The notes under the pieces: model-generated | Told to the model about the DNA's origin: nothing | The model's database searches: none | Seen by the model: the letters and a program-made list of their open reading frames with translations, nothing else | Translations under genes and position numbers: made by a program | Assembly (NCBI GenBank): GCA_013265495.1 | Contig: MU061538.1 | Coordinates: 2,253,339-2,317,338, forward strand | Direction: 5' to 3' | From: Vicugna vicugna | Taxonomy: Eukaryota | Length of the DNA stretch: 64,000 nt | Part shown: positions 1-11,596 of the stretch, one piece after another | Layout: each line of letters begins with the position of its first letter | Position numbering within the stretch: the stretch's first letter is position 1

Positions 1-395
1 GATGCTACGGAACCACAGGAGAATAAAATACCCATTTCACAGAGCAAAACAGACCATTGGATGTTAATCTAACAGCGTACGGAAGTGCATGATACGGCTT
101 CAGATTCCACATTGCAGTAATAATCTACCACTGGTAGAGTTCTGATATACCATCACAGAAAAATATGTGTAATTGTCTGAAAAGATTATTAATATTCTCC
201 TCCATTTTTCAGCTGTCTGTTTCGGTGAGGCCGGATTTTTCTTTATAAACTTAAACCAAAATAACATACCACAACAGATGGAATGCAGAAACAGATACGG
301 GATTCCAGCTGCCTTGAAGAGAGTTGCAAAAACATTAAATGATGCCACTCACAAAATTTTTTTTTTGTTTTGGAAAATATAGTTATTTTTCATGA
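1..395 (+). mobile_element. hAT-Charlie (Charlie1-like) DNA transposon fossil, transposase 3' part
   Basis: ttcagattccacattgca...gaggccggattttt...aacagatggaatgcagaaacagata resembles the Charlie1 consensus as recalled. Confidence 0.7.
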
Positions 396-1029
396 AGACT
401 TTTTTTTCATGGAAATAAGATTTTAGTGGATTATACATATATGATGTATCCTACATGGCAGAAGATATTTGCTTCAGAGTCTCAGGAGTCATAACAAACA
501 CAATACAAACTTTCTATGGCTATAAAATACTCCCTGTCACTAATTAATCTTGCATCCTACATTATGGAAATTCATGACAGAAAAACATTTTTAATCATCT
601 TTAGTCCTACCACAAAGATAAACATTGTTAGCATATACATACATATTCAAGACTTTTTCTTATTCGTGTTCATTGACTTTTTCACATACGAATACTTTTA
701 ACTTGTGTTTCTCATTAACAGTGTACTGCTAACACCATCCAGAAAGAATGCGTATGTGCCTGTGTGTTTATTTGCAGTTACTCCATAGAATTCCATTATG
801 TGGGTTATCATAATGAATTTACCCAAGCCCCTATCATTGAACACTGACCTCTGTCCAGTTTTTCTGCAATTTAACAATGCTATGATAAACCTCTCCATAA
901 ATCCATATTTGATCAGTGGTCTGATTATTTCTACAGAAGAATTTTCTGAAAGTGGAATTGCTAAACCAAAAACAAAGCACAGGGGAAGGTCCATGAACTA
1001 GAGCACCAGTTTCTCGTGAAGACATTATT

Positions 1030-1212
1030 TATGTAAACATTGAATGGGTTTATTCTTTTATTTTTAATGAATTAATATGCTAAAATATCTCCATTTAAAT
1101 TTATATTCCAGCAAATACAAATAGCTATAACCCATGTAAACAAAAGCTCTTCGGGGGCTCTCCATGATTTTGAAGAATGTAAGGGGTTCCTGAGACCCAG
1201 CATTTGTCAGAG
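1030..1212 (+). mobile_element. Charlie1-like 3' terminal fragment, continuing 1-395
   Basis: tataacccatgtaaacaaaagctcttcggggg...gtaaggggttcctgagacc resembles the Charlie1 3' end. Confidence 0.6.
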
Positions 1213-1569
1213 CCTCACGTCGACCTGCTGCTTTGATGCAGAGTGTTAAAGTCCATGGTAGATATGTGTCCTGCGAAGGGTGGGAATAAGTCCTTTGAAG
1301 AGCCAGGCACCTGCTGGGGGTGAAGTAAAGACGCTGGGGTTCAGTGGTCTGGGACACTTCCAATATAAAGGAAGATTATGCACTTCTTGCCACTAAAAGG
1401 GAAACTTTTGTCAGGGCCAGGAGCAGGAAGGGGCCCCACCAGAAGTCCTGCTTGGGCCTGGAGACTCAGCGAGCCCTCTGGTACTAGATACACCTGTAAT
1501 AGGAAAGGACGCCACTCAGGTTTTGTGATGAACACTAATGGAAGTTGCAGTGGTTGGGCTGTGTTCTGC

Positions 1570-1955
1570 TTTTTTTTTTTTTTTGAAGTGGTTTTGATTT
1601 ACAAAGTTGTGTTAGTTTCTTGTATACAGCACAGTGATTCAGTTATACATATATATATATATTCTTTTTCATATTCTTTTCTACTATAGGTTATTACAAG
1701 ATATTGAATGTAGTTCCCTGTGCTGTACAGTAGGACCTTGTGGTTTATTTTATATGTAGTAGTTTGTATCTGCTAGTCCCAAACTCCTAATTTATCCCCC
1801 TCTTACCTCTTTGGTAACCATAGTTTGTGTTCCATGTCTGTGAGTCTGTTTCTGTTTTGTAACTAAGTTCATTTGTGTCATTTTATTTTTTAGATTCCAC
1901 ATGAAAGTGATACCATGTGATACTTGTCTTCCTCTGCCTGACTTACTTCAGTTAG
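1570..1955 (-). mobile_element. L1 3' end
   Basis: Poly-T, then antisense L1 3'UTR (gttccctgtgctgtacagtaggacc, ggtaaccatagtttg, gattccacatg). Confidence 0.85.
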
Positions 1956-2045
1956 CCGTTTGCAGCAACATGGTTGGACCTAGAGATGATCATACTAAGT
2001 GAAGTAAGCCAGGCAGAGAAAGACAAATACCACATGACGTCACTT
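1956..2045 (+). mobile_element. Short L1 fragment (ORF2 end / 3'UTR), inverted relative to its neighbour
   Basis: tttgcagcaacatggttggacctagagatgatcatactaagtgaagtaagccagg. Confidence 0.8.
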
Positions 2046-2250
2046 AGACGTGTTCTGGTTTTAACTGTAAAGGGAGAGATGCAGCCGGCGTGGCTTGGAA
2101 AGAGCCTGGTGGCCAGTGGATCAGATCCCTCAGGGACGAGGGCTTGTCTGGTGGGGTAGCTCTGACATCCAGATCTACAGAGCTAGCAGAGGTTCGGGAC
2201 TGCAGACAGTAGTGGAGCAGGAGACATAAGCACCCATAAAGCCTGGGGGC

Positions 2251-2352
2251 GGGGGAGGGTATAGCTCCATGGTAGAGTGCCTGCTTAGCATGCACCAGGC
2301 CCTGGGTTCAATCCCCAGTGCCTCCATTAAGAAAGAGAGAGAGAGAGAGAAA
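2251..2352 (+). mobile_element. Camelid tRNA-derived SINE (Vic-1-like)
   Basis: ggggagggtatagctc..ggtagag (A box)...gggttcaatcccc (B box), then (GA)n tail. Confidence 0.85.
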
Positions 2353-2389
2353 ACAAGACCGTGAAGCCTGGAGACCAGCTGCGACAGGG

Positions 2390-2890
2390 GGACTGGTGTG
2401 TCCCACCAACAGAACCTTGGATGGGAAGAACTTAGGGCAAGAAGCAAGTGGGTTCGAGGGCATAAGGAGCGGGCTGGGGTGGACACCACGGAGTTTCTCC
2501 AGCTCCCTCCCTCAGCACCAGTGCTGCCTTCCCCAGGGGGTGGGATGTGGGCTGATGGTCGGAGCTACACCCCTTGCTGGGAATTGCGCTCTGCCCAAGG
2601 TTGCATCACATCCCAGGGGCTGGCCCATAGCCAGTGACTGTCCAATGCAGGGGGATGGAGTCCCAGGCCCCTTGCCTCAATTCGGTACATTCCAGCAGCA
2701 GCCCCTCCCCAGCGCTCCAGCAGGCTTGCCTGAGGCCTCCGTCATGCGCACTGGCCAGCTTTTCCCTCCCCCAGCCCTGCTCTCCTCACCCTCGCCCTTG
2801 TGGGTGTCTCTCCTAAGAGCACTTCCCAAGAAACCTACTTGCAGTCCTCTGTCTCAAAATCTGCTTCCAGGGAACACAACCTCAGAGCAG
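2390..2890 (+). mobile_element. Old ERVL-type LTR (LTR33/LTR16-like)
   Basis: 3' end tctgtctcaaaatctgcttccagggaacacaacctcagagca resembles ERVL LTR termini. Confidence 0.45.
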
Positions 2891-3944
2891 CGGTCCGCAC
2901 CACATCCCTTCTTGGAAGGACATGATGTCGCCACCAGCTGGGTCCCTAATACAGTTCACGTCTGTGTCAGTGCGTGGCGCGGCAAAGGCTCAGACAAACA
3001 TAAACCCAGGAGCGCCGATTTTCTGGAGAAGAAAAATCATGCTTTTTTTTTTTCTGCTGGCTGAAGTTACTCACTAGTCTGAAGCTAATGGATTGTGGAT
3101 TGTGATGAGATTTTGAACTAGTTAACGCTAGAAGAATAGAACAATTCTCCCTTGTTCCAGCCTCGAAGTCCCCTGTGATGTAAGGGGCCGAGCATGAGCG
3201 CACACATCGCCATCACGTTCGGAAAGTTAAACTACGGCCTTGCGAGGCCTCCACGGGGCGGGTGAGTGACACCTCCTGTACACGAGCATGTGTGCGAACC
3301 TCCTAGGACAGGTGCGGAAGCCCGGCAGACTTTGCCTTCTCACCCCCAGTGTGTTCCTCAAGCATCTGAATAAAAGTGAGGGGAAGCAGCACTGCGTAGG
3401 GAGAGGCTGGAGCGCCCCCAGTCCTTGCCCTCCTGCCTGCGGCAGAGACTGACTGCTTCCCCGGTGACAGCCCCGTTTCACGACGTGCCTTTAAAAACGG
3501 GCGTTTTGTCTGTTTGGCTTTGGGAAAAGTAGCAACCACCATGGAGTTTAGTGAGGTCAGACCTGTCTTCAGTTGTTAGAGCCCCTTCCTCAAGCCCTCA
3601 GGGGCCCCGTGTCTGCAAGCCCCCAGGACGTGCGCGGGAGGGGCGGCGAGGGTGGGGGCAGGTTCCCAGCCCTCCCTTCCCATCCTGGTTTTTACTTTGT
3701 GGGTCCCGGAGTTGGTGTGGATACTCTGCACCTTGTAAGTGTCTCCATCCTAACGACGCATTCAGAAACCGCATCTGCGTGCTCACTGGACCCAGGCTGT
3801 GATGGACTGGGCTACAGTTTTGTCATCCTGGCCTCGGTCATTCCCACTCTGGCTGGGGGACTGTGGTGGTGTGTGGGGGCCCCAGAGATCCACATCAGTG
3901 CAGATACACTTTCTTATATGAATCACTCCCCCAACAGAGCTGAG

Positions 3945-5355
3945 ATGGGGGCTTCCATATTTTGGCTATGGTAAATCATGCTGCAGTGAACATAGGGGAG
4001 TATATATAGTTTCAAATTAGTGTCTTCATTTTCTTCAGATAAATACCCAGGAGTGCAGTTGCTAGATTCTGTGGTAGTTCTATTTTAAACTTTTTGAGGA
4101 ACCTCCATACTGTTCTCCACAGTGGCTGTACCAATTTACATTCCCACTAGCAGTATAGGAGGGTTCCCTTTTCGCCACAGTCTCTCCAGCATTTCCCATT
4201 TGTAGACTTTTTGGTGATGGCCATTCTGATGCGTGTGAGGTGATACCTCATTGTGGTTTTGATTTGCATTTCTCTAATAATTAGCAATGCTGAGCACCTT
4301 TTCATGTGCCTGTATGTATTCTTTGGAAAAATATTCAGATCCTCTAATTTTTAAAATTGGGTTGTTTGAGTTTTTTATGTGAAGTTTCATGAATTCTTTA
4401 TATATTTTGCACATTAACCTTGATGGGATGTATCGTTTACAAATACCTTCTCCCACGCAGGAGGCAGCCTTTTCCTTTTGCAGACAGTCTCCGTCACTGT
4501 GCACAGGCTTTTTAGTTTGATGTAGCCTCCCGTGTTTACTTTTACTGTTGATTCCCTTGCCTGAGGAGACATACCCAAAAAGACTACTAAGACCAACGTC
4601 AGAGCAAACTGCCTCTGTTTCCTTCTAGAACTTTTATGGTGGCAGGTCTTACATTTAAGGATTTAATCCACTTTGAATTTATTTTTGTGCATGGGGTGAG
4701 GGAGTAGTCCAGTTTGATTATTTTGCATTAGCTGTCCAGTTTTCCCAACACTGTTTTTTAAAATTTTATTTTACTGAGTTATAGTCAGTTTACAATGTTG
4801 TGTCAATTTCCAGTTATTTTTTTCCAATTTTTCAGTTATACATGAACATACATGTATTTGTTGTCACATTCTTTTTTGCTGTGAGCCACCACAAGATCTT
4901 GTATGTATTTCCCTGTGCTATGCAGTATAATCTTGTTTATTCTATATATACCTGTCAGTATCTACAAGTTTCTAACTCCCAGTCTGTCCCTTCCCACCCC
5001 CTCCCCCCGGCAATCACAAGTTTGTTTTCTATGTCCATGAGTCTGCTTCTGTTTTGTATTTATGTTCATTTGTCTTTTTCTTTTCTTTCTCCCAATACCA
5101 CTTGTTGAAGAGGCTGTCTTTTCCCCATTGTATATTCTTGCCTCCTCTGTTGTGGATTAATTGCCCGCATGAGTGCGAGTTCACTTCTGGGCTCTCTGTT
5201 CTGTTGCGTTGATCTGTGTGTCTGTGTGCCAGAACCATTGCTGTTTTGACCACGGTAGCTCTGTGGTATACTTTGAAATCAGGGATTATGATACTTTCAG
5301 CTCTGTTCTTCTTTCTCAAAATTATTTTGGCTATTCAGGATCTTTTGTGTTTCCG
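3945..5355 (-). mobile_element. L1 ORF2 3' region, interrupted by a younger L1 3' end
   Basis: Antisense L1 ORF2 motifs (ttttttgaggaacctccatactg, cattgtggttttgatttgcatt); minus ORF 5029-5319 shows [15 protein letters not shown]. Confidence 0.88.
4755..5090 (-). mobile_element. Younger lineage-specific L1 3' end nested in the older L1
   Basis: T-rich start and a 3'UTR (gtgagccaccacaagatcttg) shared with the element at 22304; host L1 text resumes at about 5090. Confidence 0.75.
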
Positions 5356-6022
5356 TCCTGGGTGGTCCTAGCCCTAGTGCTGGCTGGCTGGTGGGGGGGC
5401 TGGGTCCTGGTCTAACAAGCTAGAAGGGGACTCCAAAATGGCGCTTGCAGCATCAGTGTCCTCATGGAGAACAAGCTCCCAGAAGCGGCTGCTGCCAGCA
5501 TCTACATCACCAGGGTAAGTCCCACTCGCCTCCTCCCCCTGCGGGAGTCTCTCTGAGATCAGCCGGTGGGTCTGACCCAGGATTCTTTCAAAGCATGGCT
5601 TCTTCACTGGGCCCTGGAACGCGTGCATCCTTTAAGAGTGGGGTCCCTTTCCTCCAGCGCCATGGCTCTCCCAAAATAAGCCCCACTGGTCTTCAAAATC
5701 AAACATTCTAGGAGCTCATCTTCCCGGTGCAGGACCCCTGGACTGGGGAGCCCGATGTGGGGCTCAGACTTCACGCTCCTTGAGGAGAAACTCTGCAGTT
5801 GCAATTACTCTCTGGTTTGTAGGTCACCCACCTTGGGGGGGGGGTGGGATCACCTGTGCCGTGACTCCACCCCTCCTCCCCACCTCACTGGCGCTCCTTG
5901 TGTATCTGTGGTTGTGCGTCTTTTCTGTTCATCTTCAGAGCTGATAGTCGCTCTATAGTTGTAATTTTGGTGTGCCTGGGAGGAGGTGAGCCCAGGGACT
6001 TCCTCCTCTGCCGTCTTTGCCA
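5356..6022 (-). mobile_element. L1 5'UTR fragment
   Basis: Reverse complement begins ggcaaagacggcagagg...gggctcacctcctccc...caccaaaattacaact; similar to 17300-17925. Confidence 0.65.
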
Positions 6023-7302
6023 CGCTGGTCACACTGTAAGTAGCAAGGCTGAAAACCTCCATGTTCTCAGCTTGGCTGATTGCATCTTGAGTTGTGTCAT
6101 TCAATGTGTCCCTCTGTCGCATGTATTTCTTGTAAATTATTAATCAGATCTGGAGCCTTGGTCAGATTTGGGTTCAGATTTTTGGTAAGAGTGTTTTCTG
6201 GATTGTGTTACAGGAGACATCAAGTAAGTTGTGATAAAATTTTCTCAAAGAACCAAATTGGAGTTTTATATAAGGTATTGCTTTGAAAACAACTGAACAC
6301 CTCTTTCTTTGCTAATCTCCTGGGTCCCTCCCAGATTCAGAGTCCTCCAGGCCCGCTAACTTGGCCTTGTTAGCACCAAGCATTCCCCTACCATGCTCAG
6401 AGGCGGGAACCACAGTCCTGATCCGATTGTGTCGGGGCAAGCTAGGGCAGCCATCACCAGTTTAGGAAGGACTGCTCTGCAAAACTGAAGACCTCACCAT
6501 CTCCATGGGGACAGTATCCTCACTGAAAACAAATGTTTGCGCTACCTGCCGAATGCAGGTCCAGCCGACCCTTGCTCTTCTTAATTAGCTGGAAAATCTA
6601 ATTAAAACCAGCAAGAAAATGCAGTCAGTGTCACGGCTACCACAGGCGGTGATTGAAACTCTTCCCACCAAGGCTTGGCCCACACGCAGGAAAGAGGCTG
6701 ACTAGCCTTCCATCCAGGGCGGTGTTCCTCAGCGTGGAACTGCATGTAGCTCACGCCCTCCTCTGATGACTGTGAAGGCTCATGTCCACGTCTGTTTCCC
6801 ATCCTCCTCTGAACGTGAGCACCTGCCCCCTTCCTCAGCAAACGAGCGATGTGTGAGTGCCCGCCCCTTGGACCAAAGTAAAACGTTGAGCCTCTGTTGA
6901 ATGTTCTGGTCTTAATTTTGTTTCTTTTAATCTCCTGCCGCCTTCTCACGGTCTCACTAAGTCTCCCGTCCTCCGATTCAGAACAAGAGTTCCACCGCAA
7001 TCCTCACGCATTCTTTCTTTCCAGCTCTTCCAGGAAGAAACGAGCTATGAGCACGTTCTCTGAGGCACGTGGGCTGATGGCTAACGCTCATATGAGTAGA
7101 AAAAAGCAAAAACCATGATAATGGGTCAAGGACTTCTATTCTATCCATGATTTTCATTAGATTTCTCCAAGGTTAAGCTCAGTCATTCGGGGAGAGAATC
7201 TATTGGCGTAGCTAAGCAAATGCTGTATTTTTTTTCTTCTAATTTTTTTTAGGATTATTACCAAATTTTTAAACTTTTTTTTAAAATTTACTTTTTAAAT
7301 AG

Positions 7303-7385
7303 GTTTTAATGGAGGTACTGGGGATTGAACCCAGGACCTATTGTGTGCTAAGCATGCACTCTACCACTGAGCTCTGCCCACCCTC
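7303..7385 (-). mobile_element. Camelid SINE (Vic-1-like)
   Basis: ttaatggaggtactggggattgaacccagg...ctctaccactgagct. Confidence 0.85.
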
Positions 7386-8149
7386 TTCTGTTTATGTTTG
7401 AATATATTCACATGTATGCATAGCATGTGAAAATATTCATAAAATGTTTAAGAAATTAAGTTTTGAGGTGTTTAGGTTCAGATTATTCGAAGTTAACAAA
7501 ACTAGTGTATAGCATTTAGTTTTCTCTCACTTAGCATTCAAAAATCACTTTTCACAGGAAAAACATATGAGGTTTCCATAGTTCCTTTATAGTGGAGAAT
7601 TTAATGTACTTCAGCCAGAATATGAAATCTATATAAATAAAAAAGATGGCATAACTATTTAGAACATGATGTCTCAAATTTTAAAACTCCAAACACTCTG
7701 TTTTTCTTACTAGTTTTACACTGCACTTAATTGTAAAGGGGGGGAAATACTTTGCATAAAAAGTAATTTTTTGCATAATTACATTTGATTAGAAATCAGT
7801 AGAGGTACACCTAAAACTAACTTTTAACAGCTTTAGCCAGAATGGTGTGTTGGGGATACTAGTTCTGAAACAATTGCTGGTGTGTTTTCCTTCTCAGTAA
7901 TTAAGGCCACGCATCCCGGAGGCCCAAAATGGACATGGGCACTCCAGAACTGGTGGGTCCCAGCGGGGATTCCCCAGCATGGCGGAGCCTGCGGATACTC
8001 CCAACAGTGGATGGAACAGGACCCCCAGGGACACGGCTGGGTTAGTCACAAGGAAAGGCAGGCTCCACCCCAATGCCATGAAGATACAAAAAGAGAAAGA
8101 GAATGTTTCAAACATGAGTGAAAATACAACAGATGTGAAAACAGCCAAA

Positions 8150-8830
8150 ACGGCCAATAAACGTCAAAGTCCTCAACCTCACTGATCAAGGAGATGCAGA
8201 TGAAAACTGCAGCATAGCACCACTGCTCGCCCACCAGGACGGGCAGGATGGAAAGGACAGCACAACCAGCAGGAGTGAAATGGTCCAGCCGTTTTGGGAC
8301 ACTGACAGCATCTCTCCAAGCTGCACATCCGCACACCCTGCGCCCCAGCATCCACTGCCCCAGTGTGTGTGTGCGCCCCGAGATGCACGCAGCTGCGCAC
8401 CGGGGGCACGCGTGGAAATGCTTGTAGTAGCCTGTTCGTAACGACGCGAGGCGGAAACTGCCTAGATGCCCAACCCTAGTTACGTGGGTACACAGACCGC
8501 AGCGCGTTCTCCGCGGATCACGGCCCAGCAGTGTGGCTGAAGGGCCTGTAATGGCAGGCAGTACCACCGATGGAGCCCGCAGACCTGACTGAGCAAAAGA
8601 CAGACACCAAATAGGTGATTCCGCTTACGTAAATTTGATCACGGGAAAACGGCTGCAAAGTGTCAGACATCAGGATAGCTGGCTATGCTTTGGGGGCAGG
8701 GTGTGCAGGCCTTGCAGCTTACACGGTGTGTCCACCTCGTGGAATCCTCTGAGCCGCACACGTTCGGCTTGTGACATTACCGCACACACACGCACACACA
8801 CACAATGCTTTATGTTGTGCTTCAGTGAGA
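8150..8830 (+). mobile_element. Ancient L1M ORF2 end / 3'UTR, strongly GC-shifted
   Basis: aggagatgcagatgaaaactgc...cccaccagg...gtgaaatggtccagccgttttgg...ggaaactgcctagatgccca. Confidence 0.55.
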
Positions 8831-11064
8831 CGCCAACAGTAAGAGCAGCTCTTACTGCTCTTCGGAATATCTTCCGATTAATCACGCCCCCTCCAGCACC
8901 ATGAACGCAGCAGAAAGGAGCGCTCATGGCTGTTACGAAACCACTTATTTAAAAATATTGAGAATGTCACATTTTGTATTCCCCTGAGCAGCATGAAGTG
9001 TTACCCCACGTCGGGAGGTTATAATGACAACGTTCAAAAGTCAGAATGCCGTGTGCCTACGACAGCCGCCGGCCGCTTCACGTGTTATTTTGCAGTCACC
9101 TGAAACCCGTGGCGGAGAACCAGGCATGCGGTTGGCCACAGGCAGCAGGGTGCCCGGTGAGCAGTGATTCCGAGGTGCAGGCGTCCCGTGACGCTGGTCT
9201 AGGGTCAGAGCCGTGACTTGTGTCGTCTCTGGGACTCAGCCCTCTCTGCTCTGCGCCCTGACCTCTGCAGGCTGGCTCGCCGCTCGCCGCTGTGCATCAG
9301 CTCTGCACGTCTGAACGCCTCGTCCATTCACGGGAAGGGAGGGAGAGTGGTGAGGGCCACACGCAACGTAGCTCTGCTGCCTTCCCCAAAACCCAGCATG
9401 CGGATCCCAGGGTGCCTCTCTGGGAGTCTCCTATTTATGTTCCATTTACATTCGTTGCATATTTTATTATGTATTAATACTTATATTCTATATTTATGTT
9501 AGTATTATTTAATAGTTAATTTCCAATAAACACTAATATTTATGTTAATTGTGTATTAAATAAATGTATACATATATAACAATATATAATATAAAAGATA
9601 TATAACTATATAATATATAAAAATATTTTTTTCTATCCTATTTATATTTCATTGGCAAGAGTTTTATTCCATGGCCAATGCTTGCTACAGAAGAAGTTAA
9701 GAGATGTAGTAACTAGGAAGCTCTTAAATCAACGCTCCACTCTGTATAGTGGAGGAAGGAGAAGGCAGAGCAGGTCAGGAATGAAGTTAAGTGAGCCAGC
9801 TTGCAATGATTGCCACTGTATCACGCAGTTTCTCCTGCTTTTTTGAAAACTTAACATTATATTATAAATCCTTCTTTTACTATACCCAGCACGGATCCGT
9901 TCCAGAACTCTGAACAGTGTGACCCCTAAGGTCCCAGCAGTGGTCCTGGCAGAGTGACCTCTCCTTCAGGAGGCGGTGCCCCGTCTCCCACTCCAAAGAA
10001 GCACTGCCTTGGAGTTTCACAGGCAGGGTGTCCATCCTGCAGAGAAGCCAAGTGGCATCTTCCCTGAGAGCTGGAGATGGAAACGCAGATTCATCGTCTC
10101 AGACGTGCTTCTAGCCAGCCGGAGTCCGTGCTCGGTAGACAATTACGGCGTCTTTTGTGTGGGAACCAAGAACCAGTGTTGTGCTGGAATTACATCGGCT
10201 GCCTTTGTCGCTTTCGTCAGTCTGGGCTCCCCAGCCCTCCCTGCAGCACCGGACTGAGCTTTACCTGCTGAGGGAGTTTGCAGCCAATCAGTAAATCCAG
10301 CCTGAGTCCGCTGTGGTTCCCACCGCTCGTTACCGCCGGCGACAGCTGTGGGTCTGGCCCTGTCTACCGGGCCACTCTGTGTCCGGCCGCGCTGACCTCA
10401 AGCTGGCTGCCACAAAGGCAGCTTCGAAAGCATAGCCACTGAGCCTTTTATGGTAAAATAGGAGAAAGTGGATCTTCTGGTAAAAAGCATTTTTTGAGGC
10501 CCAGAATGACATTACAAGTAAAAATTCTTATTTCAAGTATTTTTCGTTACGCCGTAAAACCTCTCTCTGTGGACGGCCCTCCCCTGGACGTGTATGTCTC
10601 CTTTCAAGGAGTCTGTCTGAAGCCCATTTAATTAACATGTTCGTGGAAACTGCTTCCTAGCACTCTGTCCAGACTGTGAGGTCACGTGGCTCTCACGCAA
10701 GGCCGGCCTTGGTGCTCTTCCAGGCTCTGCTGGGAGGCCAGGGACACTTGGAAGAGTAATTAATGGTTTGGGGCCTCCGTGACATCTGCCCAGTAACCCT
10801 AGTAGGCCAGATGGCCAGCCTTAAGGAAAGTGGTCACCCGTGCTGCAAGTCTTCAATGAACTGCCCCCCGGCGCAGCTGGAGCCGTGCTTAGAGGCGGCA
10901 GCAGTGGCAGCCCCTCCGCCCCTGGTCTTGCTGGCACGGGAGTCGTCTGTCCCTCCCTGAAGGGACGACCTCACTTTAGGATGACAGTAACCGCCCTTAG
11001 ACCACCACTTCAGTTGGGAACTTTGATTGGCTGCCCTTGTAGCGACGTGGAGACGACTGAGACT

Positions 11065-11465
11065 GTCTCCTTCACCAAGCTGTGGTCCAGCCTCTCCGAG
11101 CCCCCTGACCTGCCCTGTCTCCGGCCCGCCCAGCTGCCCAGACTTAGCAAGAATCCTGCTGGGTCACCCCACTCTTGACACCTGACCACACTGACACCTG
11201 ACCCAGTGTCTCATCCACCACTTCTGATGTCCGAGTCTTAGCCTGCCTTCAGCAAGGGTCCCATTAGGTCAGTGTAGCAGGGGTCCCATCCTTGCTGCCG
11301 CCTCTGAGTGATTTCCATCGCTGACCCCTCATTCTGCTCGTTGGCACACACCCAGCCGTCTTTGCTGTATTTGGAGTTGAGCCCCATCTCGCTCCCGTCG
11401 CAGTAGTCTTGAATAAAGTCTTCCCTGCCATTTCCACAAGTGTTAGAATAACTTTCTCTTTAACA
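11065..11465 (+). mobile_element. Solo LTR, ERV1 class (MER31-like)
   Basis: agcaagaatcctgct...gctgtatttggagttgagccc...cttgaataaagtcttcc...tttctctttaaca (polyA signal and CA end). Confidence 0.65.
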
Positions 11466-11485
11466 GAGGCTGAGTAGGCAGTTTT

Positions 11486-11596
11486 AGGGTAAGCAAGCAT
11501 CTCATTTTGCTCTGGTCTAAGAGGTTTCCTTGGATATAGGACTTTCAGTGCTAAAACCAGGGCAGTTCTGGGCAAAATTGGACTATTGGCCACCCT
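11486..11596. mobile_element. MER81-like hAT MITE
   Basis: Termini AGGGT...ACCCT with core ggactttcagtgctaaaaccaggg. Confidence 0.65.

Noticed and set aside
2251..2325. tRNA-like sequences here and at 7303, 41301, 46485 and 62712
   Set aside because: They have A/B boxes but also shared non-tRNA tails and are dispersed, diverged copies, so they are SINEs rather than tRNA genes.
2318..3064. 248-aa + strand ORF
   Set aside because: Starts in a SINE tail and runs through LTR-like sequence; no domain or splice structure.
9435..9665. Very AT-rich block
   Set aside because: Low-complexity TA-rich sequence with no definable structure.
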